Source: Squalus acanthias (Eukaryota). Taken from it: a DNA stretch of 64,000 bases. The stretch spans positions 64,978,001 through 65,042,000 of the forward strand of contig CM059432.1 of NCBI GenBank assembly GCA_030390025.1. Direction: 5' to 3'. Shown piece after piece: positions 52,179-62,620 of the stretch. The notes beneath the pieces are model-generated. The model saw only the letters and a list, made by a program, of their open reading frames with translations. It did not search any database and was not told the origin of the DNA. Numbering within the stretch: the first letter of the stretch is position 1; the number at the start of each line of letters is the position of its first letter. A program made the translations under genes and the position numbers.

Positions 52179-53134
52179 CTAGACTGAGTGTCATCTATCA
52201 AGAGAGCCTCATGGTATGGAGACTATGATTGCCGGTAAGTGGGTGACAAGCTGACAAGCTCAGAACCCAGCTATCAAGTGCACAAACGAGACAACACAGG
52301 TTTGAATCTGATTATACGTCACTGACTATTTGGCTTTATCTATGCTTGAAAGGTCTAAAATGTGTTTTAGCTTACTAGTTTTCTCTTTCAAGTTCATTTT
52401 GAACTCTTAATAAAAGAAAAACCAGGAAGATGGAAGAATTCTATACAAAAGAGTTAAATGTGTTATTGCTATATAGAAACAAATCTGTGAAAGAAATGGT
52501 TCGATAAATTCATCCCAATGCACAACAAAAATTCTTTTACTATATAAACCAAGAGAGAAATATGCATCGCAGACAACAGAGTACAGAACGACTACTTTTT
52601 AGCATCTGATATCCCTTTCCTATTTCAAATACCAATTAGTTATTGAATAATTTTCTGCTTGCAGCATACAGTTTTCCAGATGCACCTATTTATTATGCAT
52701 TTAATTATTTAGCATGTATTTAACCACACATCTATTCATGCTGTTTGGTAATCAAAATGTGCTTGAGTTAATGCTACTGAATCAGCTAAGGCATTCAGTC
52801 AAACAGAAGCTTAACCTTTTCTCTAAGATTCAATTCATTACTTCTTTTACAGCTAAAATCGTGCCTAAAGACGACGGTTTTACAAATGCTATAGGGCTCA
52901 TTAGGTGAGATCATTCTTCAGCTGCATCTTCTAGCCATTCACATTTCCATTCATAGGCATTATAATTTATAAGGGAGAATCTTTGTTTTTTTGTCCCATC
53001 AGTAAAAGATTTTTAAAATTCCAATTGTTACAGGAAACATTGAGCACAAATTCCTCATACTCCGGAACAGCTGATGCATCACTGTGCTGATGATTTATAT
53101 TAGGTTCCTCAGCAATTAAATGTTCAGGGATGTC

Positions 53135-53355
53135 CGAGGTAGATTCTTTACTCAGAGAGTGGTTGGGGTGTGGAATGGACTGCCTGCTGTGATAGTGGAG
53201 TCGGACACTTTAGGAACTTTCAAGCGGTTATTGGATAAGCACATGGAGCACACCAGAGTGATAGGGAGTGTGATAGCTTGATCTTGGTCTCGGACAATGC
53301 TCGGCACAACATCGAGGGCCGAAGGGCCTGTACTGTGCTGTACTGTTCTATGTGT
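53135..53355 (+). mobile_element. CR1 3' fragment
   Basis: FFTQRVVGVWNGLP-like C-terminus and 3' stem-loop. Confidence 0.8.
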
Positions 53356-53506
53356 TCATGGTCCCTCCATTCCAAAACCACTTGAGATGGGACAAATATA
53401 TTTTGCCTTCCTCATCTAAACTGCAGAGAACATTAAAACATACTCAGAAGGCTGAGGGTCAAGAGACTACTACTACCACTTTGCTAGCGAATGGGTATGT
53501 ACGCAC

Positions 53507-53540
53507 CATCCTATACAAGACTGCATAGATCACCAAGAGC
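53507..53540 (-). CDS. Candidate host-gene micro-exon (RLLVIYAVLYRM)
   Basis: TTTCAG acceptor, GTGCGT donor; only the phase-2 frame is open, matching the upstream exon. Confidence 0.4.
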
Positions 53541-53644
53541 CTGAAATTGATAGGAATCAGAAACCCTAGGCCCGACTGATTAGTAGCAGATAAATACAAA
53601 CCACCACTACCTACAGACCCACGGAGAACAGACAGTAAATTGTA

Positions 53645-55388
53645 TAAGAACATAAGAAATAGGAGCAGGAGTCGGGCATTCGGCCCCTCGAGCCTGCTCC
53701 GCCATTCAATAAGATCATGGCTGATCTGATCTTGGCCTCAACTCCACTTTCCTGCCTGTTCCCCATAACCCTTGACTCCCCTGTAGCTCAAATATCTGTC
53801 TATCTCAGCCTTGAATATATTCACTGATTAAGCCTCCACAGCTCTCTGGGGTAGAGAATTCCAAAGATTCACAACCCTCTGAGAGAAAAAATTCCTCCTC
53901 ATCTCCGTCTTAAATGGGCGGCCACTTATCCTGAAACTATGCCCCCGAGTTCTAGATTCCCCCATGAGGGGAAACATTCTCTCAGCATCTACACTGTCAA
54001 GCCCCCTCAGAATCTTATGTTTCAATAAGATCACCTCTCATTCTTCTAAACTCCAATGAGTATAGGCCCAACCTGCTCAACCTTTCCTCATAAGACAACC
54101 CTTTCAGCTCAGGAATCAACCTAGTGAACATTCGCTGAACACCCTCCAATGCAAGTATATCCCTCCTTAAATAAGGTGACCAAAACTGTATGCAGTACTC
54201 CAATGTACAATGCCCTGTACAGTTGTAGCAAGCCTTCCCTACTTTTATACAACATCCCCCTTGCAATAAAGGCCAACATTCCATTTGCCTTCCTAATTAC
54301 TTGCTGTACCTGCATGCTAACTTTTTGTGTTTCATGTACGAGGACACCCAGATCCTTCTGCAGCATTCTGTAGTCTCTCTCTATTTAAAAAATATTTTGC
54401 TTTTCTATTCCTCCTACCAAAGTGGATAACCTCACACTTTCCCACATTATACTCCATCTGCCAAATTTTTGCCCACTCACTTGACAGGGTAGATGCTGAG
54501 AGAATGTTTCCCCTCATGGGGGAATCTAGATCCCTTTGCAGACCTGTGTCCTCCTCACAACTTGCTTTCCCATCTATCTGTGTATCATCAGCAAATTTGG
54601 CTACAGTACACTCGGTCACTTCATCCAAGTCATTAATATAGATTGTAAATAGTTGAGGCACCAGCACTTATCCCTGTGGCACCCCGCTAGTTACAGTTTG
54701 CCAACCTGAAAATGACCCATTTATCCCGACTCTCTTTTTTCTGTTAGTTAGCCAATCCTCAACCATGCTAAATATTACCCCCAACACCGTGAGCTCTTAT
54801 CTTGTGCAGTAACCTTTTATGTGGCACCTTATCGAATGCCTTTTGGAAATCCAAATACACTACATCTACTGGTTCCCCTTGATCCACCCTGCTCGTTACA
54901 TCCTCAAAGAACTCTAATAAATTTGTCAAACACGATTTCTCTTTCATAAAACCATGTTGACTCTGCTTAATTGTATTATGATTTTCTAAACGTCCTGCTA
55001 CTACTCCCTTAATAATGGATTCCAGCATTTTCCCAATGACAGATGTTCGGCTAACTAGCCTATAGTTTCCTGCTTTCTCCCTCCTTTCTTGAACAGGGGC
55101 ATTACATTTGCGGTTTTCCAATCCACTGGGACCTTTCCAGAATCTAGGTAATTTTGGAAGATTACAACCAATGCATCCACTACCTCTGCAGCCTCCTCTT
55201 TTAAGACCCTAGGATGCAGGCCATCAGGTGCAGGGGACTTCTCAGCCTTTAATCCCATTAGTTTGCCGAGTACATTTTCTCTAGTGATAGTGATTGTTTT
55301 AGGTTCCTCCCTCCCTTTTGCCCCTTGATTATCTACTATTATTGGGATGCTTTTAGTGTCTTCCACTGTGAAGACAGATACAAAATAT
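53645..55388 (-). mobile_element. CR1 RT region with a 51-bp templated inverted insertion
   Basis: RT motifs ([19 protein letters not shown]) and tail. Confidence 0.92.
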
Positions 55389-55909
55389 AGCACTGTTAAC
55401 AAAGTAAAAGTATCATGGTACTTTAGAAAAGGGATTGGACACTTAGACACAAGCTTTGGAGGGAGGGTTAGGGAACTGGACCGAGGGTGCAGTTGAAGAG
55501 CTAGGTTTTGAGAAGGCTTTTTGAAAGTGAGGAGACATGTAAAAAGACAAGGGGGTAGAAATTAGGTCGCGCCCCATTTGGGGCGCAAATATCGTCCGCG
55601 CGCAAATATTAGCGCCTGGCGCTAATTATCGGCACTGACAGGAAACTTCACTTTTACCGCCCCGGGAGGTGAGTGGAGCGCTAAATTAGGCGCTGCACAC
55701 CTCTCTTAAGGCGCAAAGGCCTAGGAGTGAGGCGCTAACTCAGCGCACGAGCGCAGCGCAGCTGCTGCCAGTTAGCGAGGGAACACAGACACACTGGCGC
55801 CGGACACTTCTTAAAGCGGGGGGGGGCCACTTGCTCCCCAGCCACACCCTGCTCATTGCAGCCTTGAATCTCAGCCTGGAGAGACCTGTAATCCATTTTG
55901 CTGCCAAGC

Positions 55910-57906
55910 ATGGAGAGGGTGAGAGAACGCGCTCATCGCTTCACCGAGCGGGCCTTGGATGCTCTGGTTGACGCAGTGGAGCGCAGACGATGCATGCTGT
56001 TCCCGGAGAGTGGCAGGAGGCCTTTGCCACGCGAGTTCAGAAGAGTGTGGAGGGAGGTGGCTCAGAGCGTCTCCTCCAGGAGCATGGTGCCCAGGACCCA
56101 TGTCCAGTGCCGCAAAAAGTTCAACGACCTCACTCGGGTCGTCAGGGTGAGTGGCTTTTTCTCAATACCTCTCCATCCCTCCATCTCAACCTCACTCTAT
56201 GGCCAGAGGGTCTTAAAACCCCAATGCACAACACTCATGCAACACCTATGGCCCTTTCATCAAACACACACACACATTCCACACTTTGCATACAGTAAGG
56301 GCTATTCAGCTATGGGAGGCACATCAGGCAAGACCATGGCTGCATACAGTAAGGGCTATTCACCTATGGGAGGCACATCAGGCAAGACCATGGCTGTATA
56401 TTGACTCAGATGCTGTCCTTTTTCTTGCAGGCTAAGCTGGCTCATAATCGGAGACAGCAGCAACGGACGGGTGGAGGGCGGCTTCAGCTGCAACCCCTCA
56501 GCGATCTGGAGGAGCGCGTCCACAGGATTGTGGCAAGCCGGGTGATCGGTCCCGTCGCCACTGGAGACGCCGACCCCGTTGTGGACAGCAATGGTAAGGT
56601 CATCACCTTTTTGTCCTCTGTCCTTCCACTTGTCCCTCACAATACCAGCCTTTGACACTTTCAATCCAACTTGCTAACTCGCTGCACTTATTCCTCCCTT
56701 ACTGCCACCCTGTCCTCACGCTAAAGCCACTCTTGTACCTCCCTGCTTTCAGATGGTGATTCACCAGCTGAGGAGATGGTCCCTGAAGCTGCCACTGGGA
56801 GTGATGCTGCAGCTGAGGAGGAAGAGGAAGCCGGAGCATCAGTGCCACCCTCTCCCGAGGAAGCCCATGGCCACACTGGGAACACGCCTTCCCCGGAGGG
56901 GAGCAGGGGGGAAGGGGCTGATGATGGTGAAGTTCCAGGACCCAGCGGGCTGCAGCAACGCCATGGGGGGGGGAGGGAAGAACGGGGGAGCAGGGGGGAA
57001 GGGGCTGATGATGGTGAAGTTCCAGGACCCAGCGGGCTGCAGCAACGCCATGGGGGGGGGAGGGAAGAACGGGGGAGCAGGGGGGAAGGGGCTGATGATG
57101 GTGAAGTTCCAGGACCCAGCGGGCTGCAGCAACGCCATGGGGGGGGGAGGGAAGAACGGGAGCCTTCTCCCCAGAGGGAGAGTATGCCAGACACTCCTAA
57201 TGCAATGGACGCAGAGGAGGAGCGGCTGATTGCAGAAATGAACAGCCAGGCGGTGGTCATGCACACTGAGCTCATGGGTGCAGTGGGAAGGGTGCCCGAA
57301 TGCATTGAGGCACTGGCAAGGAGTGTGGAGCACTTCGCTGTAGCACAGGCGGATGCCACACTAAAGCTTACTGCTGCAATTCAGTCACTGGCTGCCAGGA
57401 ACCCATCTGAGCCTGCTCTCATGCAGACTCAGATTGAGGCCATGCGAGCACTGACCGCTGCCATCCTCGATGGTTCGTGCACATGTCCCCGGGGCTGTCA
57501 CCGCGCCGCAGCAGGCCAGCAATCTGTTCTCCGGCAAATTGCTCCGGATGCTGAAGTGCTGCCCCGTGGGAGTGCCAGTGTGTCGGGCGAGCAGGGAGTT
57601 GCTGTCCTCTCTCACGATGACAGCATTCCTGCTGCCAACACTGTCACTTCTCCACTGCACTTGCCACCGCCTGTAGGACAGACTGCTGCCGCCCATGCAG
57701 AGTTGGTGCAGTCTGCAGCCGGGCCCTCCAGGCCCAGAAGTGGTCGAGGCCGTCCTTCAGGGGCATCTGCAGTGTCAGGGTCTGACAAGCAGCAGCCTTC
57801 CACCAGCCTTGCTGCAGCCACTGAGGTCCCATTACGGAGGAGCAGTAGGGTTAGAAGGGGGGAAGTGCGCAAGGGAAGGAGATCACCCTCGAAGGGCAAA
57901 AAGTAG
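55910..57906 (+). CDS. Harbinger Myb/SANT-like (trihelix, NAIF1-like) protein; exons 55910-56146, 56431-56593, 56753-57906; 517 aa
   Basis: RFTERALDALV..WREVA..RTHVQCRKKFNDL; GT-AG introns of phase 0 and 1 join into one stop-free 1554-nt frame; basic C-terminus. Confidence 0.9.
56287..56400. repeat. 54-bp tandem duplication in Myb intron 1
   Basis: TGCATACAGTAAGGGCTATTCA.. at 56287 and 56341. Confidence 0.92.
56899..57159 (+). repeat. In-frame 87-bp x3 tandem repeat
   Basis: GSRGEGADDGEVPGPSGLQQRHGGGREER three times. Confidence 0.95.
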
Positions 57907-58200
57907 GAGGTGTGCCAAAATGCTGGTCATTTTTTTATTAAAGGCCGAGGTTCATGGCCCAACTTTTGTTTAGTGTTTTGGACATTATCTCCAGGTTGTG
58001 AGAACCAGTTATGTTATTGACTGTTTTTTTGTGTTTATTTCTATGAGTTTGTCATGAGGAATTGACACACACAGAGTTTGTACAATAAATAAGTTTCTGT
58101 ATTCAAAATATACATGGCTGGTGGTTGGAATTATTGGTGCCTTGGCCGGCTTAGGGGTTGCGTGCTGGGTTGATTCGTGTTTGTAGCACTGGCAGGGGCC

Positions 58201-59361
58201 CTAGAAGCGGCTTGCTATTAGTCGTTGACGGACGGCCCTTGCAGTTTGACCATTGTGGGCCGCCCTCCTGCCTTGGTGCTGCTGCTGATCATCGTCCTCG
58301 GCCTGTTCCTCCTCTTCCTCCTCCTCCTCTTGTGGTGCTGCAAGGCCTGGTGGCATTGGCTGCGTCCTGAGGATTGCCATGTTGTGCAACATGCAGCACA
58401 CCACTACGAATTTGGAAACTTGCTCAGGCGAGTACTGCAGGGCTCCTCCGGAATGGTCCAGACAGCGGAATCGTTGTTTGAGCACGCCGATTGTGCGCTC
58501 AATAATGTTCCTCGTTGCTTGTTGGCTTTCCTGGTACCGCAGCTCAGCAGGGGTGTTTGGCGCACGGAGCGGTGTCATCAGCCAGGTGCTCAATGCGTAC
58601 CCCTTGTCCCCCAGAAGCCAACCAACTGGCTGATGCGGTGCCTCGAAAATTTCTGCCACAGTACTCTGGCGCAGGATGAAAGCATCGTGGCAGCTGCCCG
58701 GATAGTGGGCATTGACAGCGAGAATCACCTGTCTGTGGTCACAGACCAACTGCACATTCAAGGAATGGAACCCCTTTCTGTTCCGGAACTCCTCTGCATT
58801 CTCTCGCGGAGCACGCAAAGCCACATGCGTGCAGTCAATGGCGCCCTGCACCATGGGGAAGCCCGCTACCCTCGCAAAGCCCATAGCACGGTCATGCTGC
58901 TTGTCTGGGGTCATAGGGAAGGAGATGAAGTCTCGTCTCCTTGTGAAGAGGGCATTGGTGACCTGCCGGATGCAGCGATGCACCGCAAACTGGGAGATAT
59001 TGGCGAGGTCCCCAACAGCAGCTTGGAATGAGCCAGTGGCGTAGAAGTTCAAAGCCACTGTGACCTTCACTGCCACCGACAGAGACGTCCTGGACCTCAG
59101 CTGAGGCTGCAGATCTGGCTGCAGCAGGTGGCAGAGCTCAGTGACCACCTCCTTGCTGAATCGCAGCCTTCGCAAACACAGCTCCTCGGACATGTGGATG
59201 TAGGAGAGCTGTTCACGATATACCCTGGGAGGGTAAGCTCTCCTGTACATGCGCCTGATGGGCCTCCTCCGTCTGGCCATCATTGCCACTCTCTGTCTGC
59301 GTCTCACTCTCCTCCGATTGAGCTGGAGCAGGACGACGCCCCCAATCATTGCAGCCCCCAT
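58201..59361 (-). CDS. Harbinger (HARBI1-like) DDE transposase, 386 aa
   Basis: GAIDCTHV, YPGSCHD, LLGDKGY, IERTIGVLKQRF; no stops; TATTTAAA upstream near 59560. Confidence 0.96.
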   Translation of the reverse strand: MGAAMIGGVVLLQLNRRRVRRRQRVAMMARRRRPIRRMYRRAYPPRVYREQLSYIHMSEELCLRRLRFSKEVVTELCHLLQPDLQPQLRSRTSLSVAVKVTVALNFYATGSFQAAVGDLANISQFAVHRCIRQVTNALFTRRRDFISFPMTPDKQHDRAMGFARVAGFPMVQGAIDCTHVALRAPRENAEEFRNRKGFHSLNVQLVCDHRQVILAVNAHYPGSCHDAFILRQSTVAEIFEAPHQPVGWLLGDKGYALSTWLMTPLRAPNTPAELRYQESQQATRNIIERTIGVLKQRFRCLDHSGGALQYSPEQVSKFVVVCCMLHNMAILRTQPMPPGLAAPQEEEEEEEEQAEDDDQQQHQGRRAAHNGQTARAVRQRLIASRF

Positions 59362-60044
59362 CTTCTCTTTGCCAGAAAAGTAATGAGGTACAGCAACGAA
59401 AGTAGCAGCAAAGTTAGGATGAACTAGGCAAAACTACCTCACAAAGCGTTGAGTCAATGTAGAAGTCTCTCTCTCTCTCTCTCCGAATCTCTCTCTCTCT
59501 CTCAGAACGAGTGGTGCATAAATGTCGACCACAGAAAAAGACAGGAAGAGGCCCCCTTTAAATAGCGCCCCCCCCAGCCCCACACCGATTGATAACGTTC
59601 CAGTCTTCCGGTCGTTGGAAGCGCCAGGCGGTAAGGCAGGGGGCGCCACTCAATTTCCGCTCCGGGGCGCCCCAAGGGCGTTGCACCACGGAATGACGTC
59701 ACAATCTGCGCGCGCAGGTGGTCGCAGCGGTAAGTTTTAGCGCCGCCGCACAATCTCAAGTTAAGTTCTCGAGCGGCGCAAACAGCGCTGCGCCCGGGCG
59801 TTAGCGCCTTAACGCCCCATTAGCGCCCATTTAAGGCGCTAACGGGAGGCGCAACCAACTGAATTTTTACCCCAAGGGCTTTCAGAAAAGAACTAAAAAA
59901 TGCTGGGTAGGGCATGAATACTGAAGGCTCTAACATTGATGGTGCAGCAGAGCGATGCATATAACTAACGGCAAAAAAGCAGAGGATGCAAGCTGGGACT
60001 TAGGGCTGAAGGTGGTTGCAGAGGAAGAATGCAGTAAAGTCATA

Positions 60045-60798
60045 GGGGAAGAAATTCACTATCGCCCCGTCTGGGGCGCTAATTTTTTAAAGTTTGAAAA
60101 GTTAGCGCCAGGCGCTAACGATTTCAAACTTTTGAAAAATTTGCCGTTTGCACTCCAAGAGGGAAGTGGAGCATTAAATCAAGCGCTCCACTTCATTCTT
60201 GGAGCGCAATCAGCAGCAGTCCGGACGGAGACTTCAGCAGCGCCACACACTGGGCCGTGCAGCGCTGCCGTGTTCAAAGGCTCCTTCCCTCCTTTAAAGG
60301 GAAGGGCCATCGCTGCAGGTTCTGCAATAGAAAAATTACCTACCTGGACCACCAAGGCAGTCGTGATCCAGTGCGATCAGCCCAGCACTCAAGCAGAGTG
60401 CCGGGCTGATCGATCATGGGCAGAAACCCGCGAAAAAAACTGGAACAAGAAAGGTAAGTTTTTTTTTACTTACCTCGGCCACCTTGCCTTTAATCATCAC
60501 CCCCGAAGCGGCCGGCCGCCCGATGCACGCCTCCTGCAGCTGTCGGTGTTTTCGACCGGTGCTGCTGCAGGGGGTGGAAGTCAATTTCGGGTCCGGGGCG
60601 CTACTGGGGCGATGCGCACGGCGATGACGTCACGATCTCCAGGCGATGGTGATCGGGGCGCAACGCCATAGCGCCGCTGCAAAACTCCTGCCGAATATGG
60701 CGGGACTCGATGTCAGTGTCGCGCCCGGTTGCAAAGCCATTTGTGCCGCATTAGCGCCCGCGCTAACGGGAGGTGCAAAGGCACGGAATTTCACCCCC
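60045..60798 (+). mobile_element. Harbinger MITE related to the intact element
   Basis: TIR GGGG(A/G)(A/T)GAAATTC, near-TSD ATA/ATT, shared subterminal GCGCTAACGGGAGG. Confidence 0.87.
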
Positions 60799-60801
60799 AT
60801 T

Positions 60802-60968
60802 GAATCATAAAATCATTGAAATTTATGGCACAGAATGAGGCCATTCGGCCCATTATGTCTGTGCCGGCAGAAAAAGAGCTATCCAGCCTAATCCAGCTCT
60901 TGGTCCATAGCCTTGTAGGTTACAGCACTTCACGTGCATATCCAAGAACTTTTTAAATGTGATGAGTC
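60802..60968 (-). mobile_element. CR1 3' end fragment
   Basis: 3' stem-loop and ATGATT-type tail on the - strand. Confidence 0.7.
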
Positions 60969-61360
60969 CTAGGAACAATACCATGTCAGCATGTTGGGAG
61001 ATTTTACTGAGTTAAAGGCTTTATAAAAGTTGTTGTCTGTTCCTTGCAGGTCAGTATACACATCCAGTACCAGACATTGCAGCAAGGACAGAGGTAATGG
61101 GTCAGCGGGACTTGGTATGAAATAAGATGTGGACAGCAGAGTCTTACATGAGTTAGAATTCGTGTAGGGTAGAGCTAGAGTGGTCAACAGGAAAGCAGTG
61201 GAGAAGTCAAGTCTACAAAGGATGAAGACATGGATGAGGGGTTTGGCAGTGGTGGAGGTGAGGCTGGGGTGAAGGTAGGCAATATTATAAAGGCAGATGT
61301 AGGCAGTCTTGGAGTAAGGTTGGAAGCTCAGCTCAGGACCAGTTTGGGGTTGTCTTTGTC
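60969..61360 (-). mobile_element. L2 LINE RT C-terminal remnant
   Basis: AYICLYNIAYLHPSL..LIHVFILCRLDFSTAFL resembles L2 ..LIHAFVTSRLDY.. Confidence 0.7.
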
Positions 61361-61430
61361 TCCAAGATGATCCTAGAGCCAGACACAACAGTGGATGATC
61401 AAGCCAATCAAACAACATGTACATTCCCAC

Positions 61431-61570
61431 CTGCCACCCTCGGATCGGAAGTCACAGGGCTGCTCATTATACATGGGGAAATAATAAGGCTGCAAGACCA
61501 TGGTGGGGACAACAGCAAAGATGCTGATGAGCAGGTTGATGGTGGAAGTATTGTTGCGGTAGGTGAAGGG
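61431..61570 (-). CDS. Candidate host-gene exon with a hydrophobic (TM-like) segment
   Basis: TCTTTTTTAG acceptor, CAG/GTGGGA donor, C-ending codon bias; PFTYRNNTSTINLLISIFAVVPTMVLQPYYFPMYNEQPCDFRSEGG. Confidence 0.6.
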
Positions 61571-61844
61571 CTAAAAAAGACACATACCCAAACTCAGTTT
61601 ATCGAGGATTAGCTGTTTCCAACTAAACCATAAGGGATCAAACAAATATGCATCTCCTCTGGTTTTCTAGATAAGAAAAAACTGCCAAGGAAGGTTATTG
61701 GATACTTATCGCAAGATACATGTACATTATCTCCACTGCAGCAGAGACAAAATTTCCCCATGTCTCCTTCCTCCCTGAAAATTATCTTTGGGCAATTTTA
61801 TTAGTTTCAAAAGTTAAAAAAAAGTTCTTATCTATCAGGCACTC

Positions 61845-62220
61845 TAGATTAATCGAAAGATACAGCACAGAAGGAGGCTATTCAGCCCATCGTGCCTGTG
61901 CCAGCTCTTTAAAAGAGCTATCCAATTAGTCCCACTCCCCTGTCCTTTCCCCATAACCCTGCAAATTTTCCACTTCAAGTATTTATCCAGTTCCCTTTTG
62001 AAAGTTATCACTGAATTTGCTCCCACCACCCTTTCAGACAGTGTATTCCAAATCACAACAACTCAGTGCGTAATTTTGTTCCCTTGTGTCGCCTCTGGTT
62101 CTTTTGACAATTACCTTAAATCTGTGTCCTCTGGTTACCAAACCTGTGCCACTGGAGACAGTTTCTCCTTGTCTATCCTCTCAAAACGCTTCATGATTCT
62201 GAACACCTCTACCAAATCTG
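61845..62220 (-). mobile_element. CR1 3' fragment
   Basis: IWNTLSERVVGANSVITFKRELDKYL. Confidence 0.8.
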
Positions 62221-62389
62221 TTTTCCTCATGCTTCAGTTCCTTTTAATACCCACATTTTGATGGTGTGGGGAGTGGGGGAGGGAATTAAAATCACTTTAT
62301 TTGATTTTAATTTTGTTTTCGTTGAGTCCAGCATTTCAATGTATCACATAGCTAAATATTAAACAGACAAGATTAGAAAGATCTTAGAA

Positions 62390-62620
62390 AGATCTTGCAT
62401 TCATATAGTGTCTTTCACAACGTCAGGATGTCCCAAAGCACTTTACAGTCAATGAAATACTTTTGAAGTATAGTCATTGTTGTAATGTAGGAAATGTGGC
62501 AGTCAATTTGCACACAGCAATGTTCCACAAACAGCAATGTGATAATGACCAGATAATCTGTTTTAGTAATATTGGTTGAGGGATAAATATTGGCCAGGAT
62601 ACCAGGGAGAACTCCCCATC
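62390..62620 (-). mobile_element. SINE 3' (L2-derived tail) remnant
   Basis: CTTGCATTCATATAGTGTCTTTCACAAC..CCCAAAGCACTTTACA is a typical tail on the - strand. Confidence 0.65.

Larger units (their letters stand above)
55552..59873 (+). mobile_element. Apparently intact autonomous PIF/Harbinger transposon (4322 bp)
   Basis: TIR GGGGTA(G/A)AAATT, TSD AAG (55549-55551, 59874-59876), two uninterrupted convergent genes. Confidence 0.96.

Noticed and set aside
56899..57159. Regular repeats as a CRISPR array (also 16315-16460 and 21743-21870)
   Set aside because: Head-to-tail tandem units without unique spacers, eukaryotic context, no cas genes.
58225..59031. 268-aa antisense ORF (likewise 46667-47404 and 56721-57359)
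   Set aside because: Shadow frames opposite real coding sequence.
58201..59361. Domesticated HARBI1/NAIF1 host genes
   Set aside because: Bounded by TIRs and a TSD with many decayed relatives nearby, so it is a transposon.
59955..60671. 238-aa ORF
   Set aside because: Crosses a MITE boundary, GC-rich, no recognisable domain.
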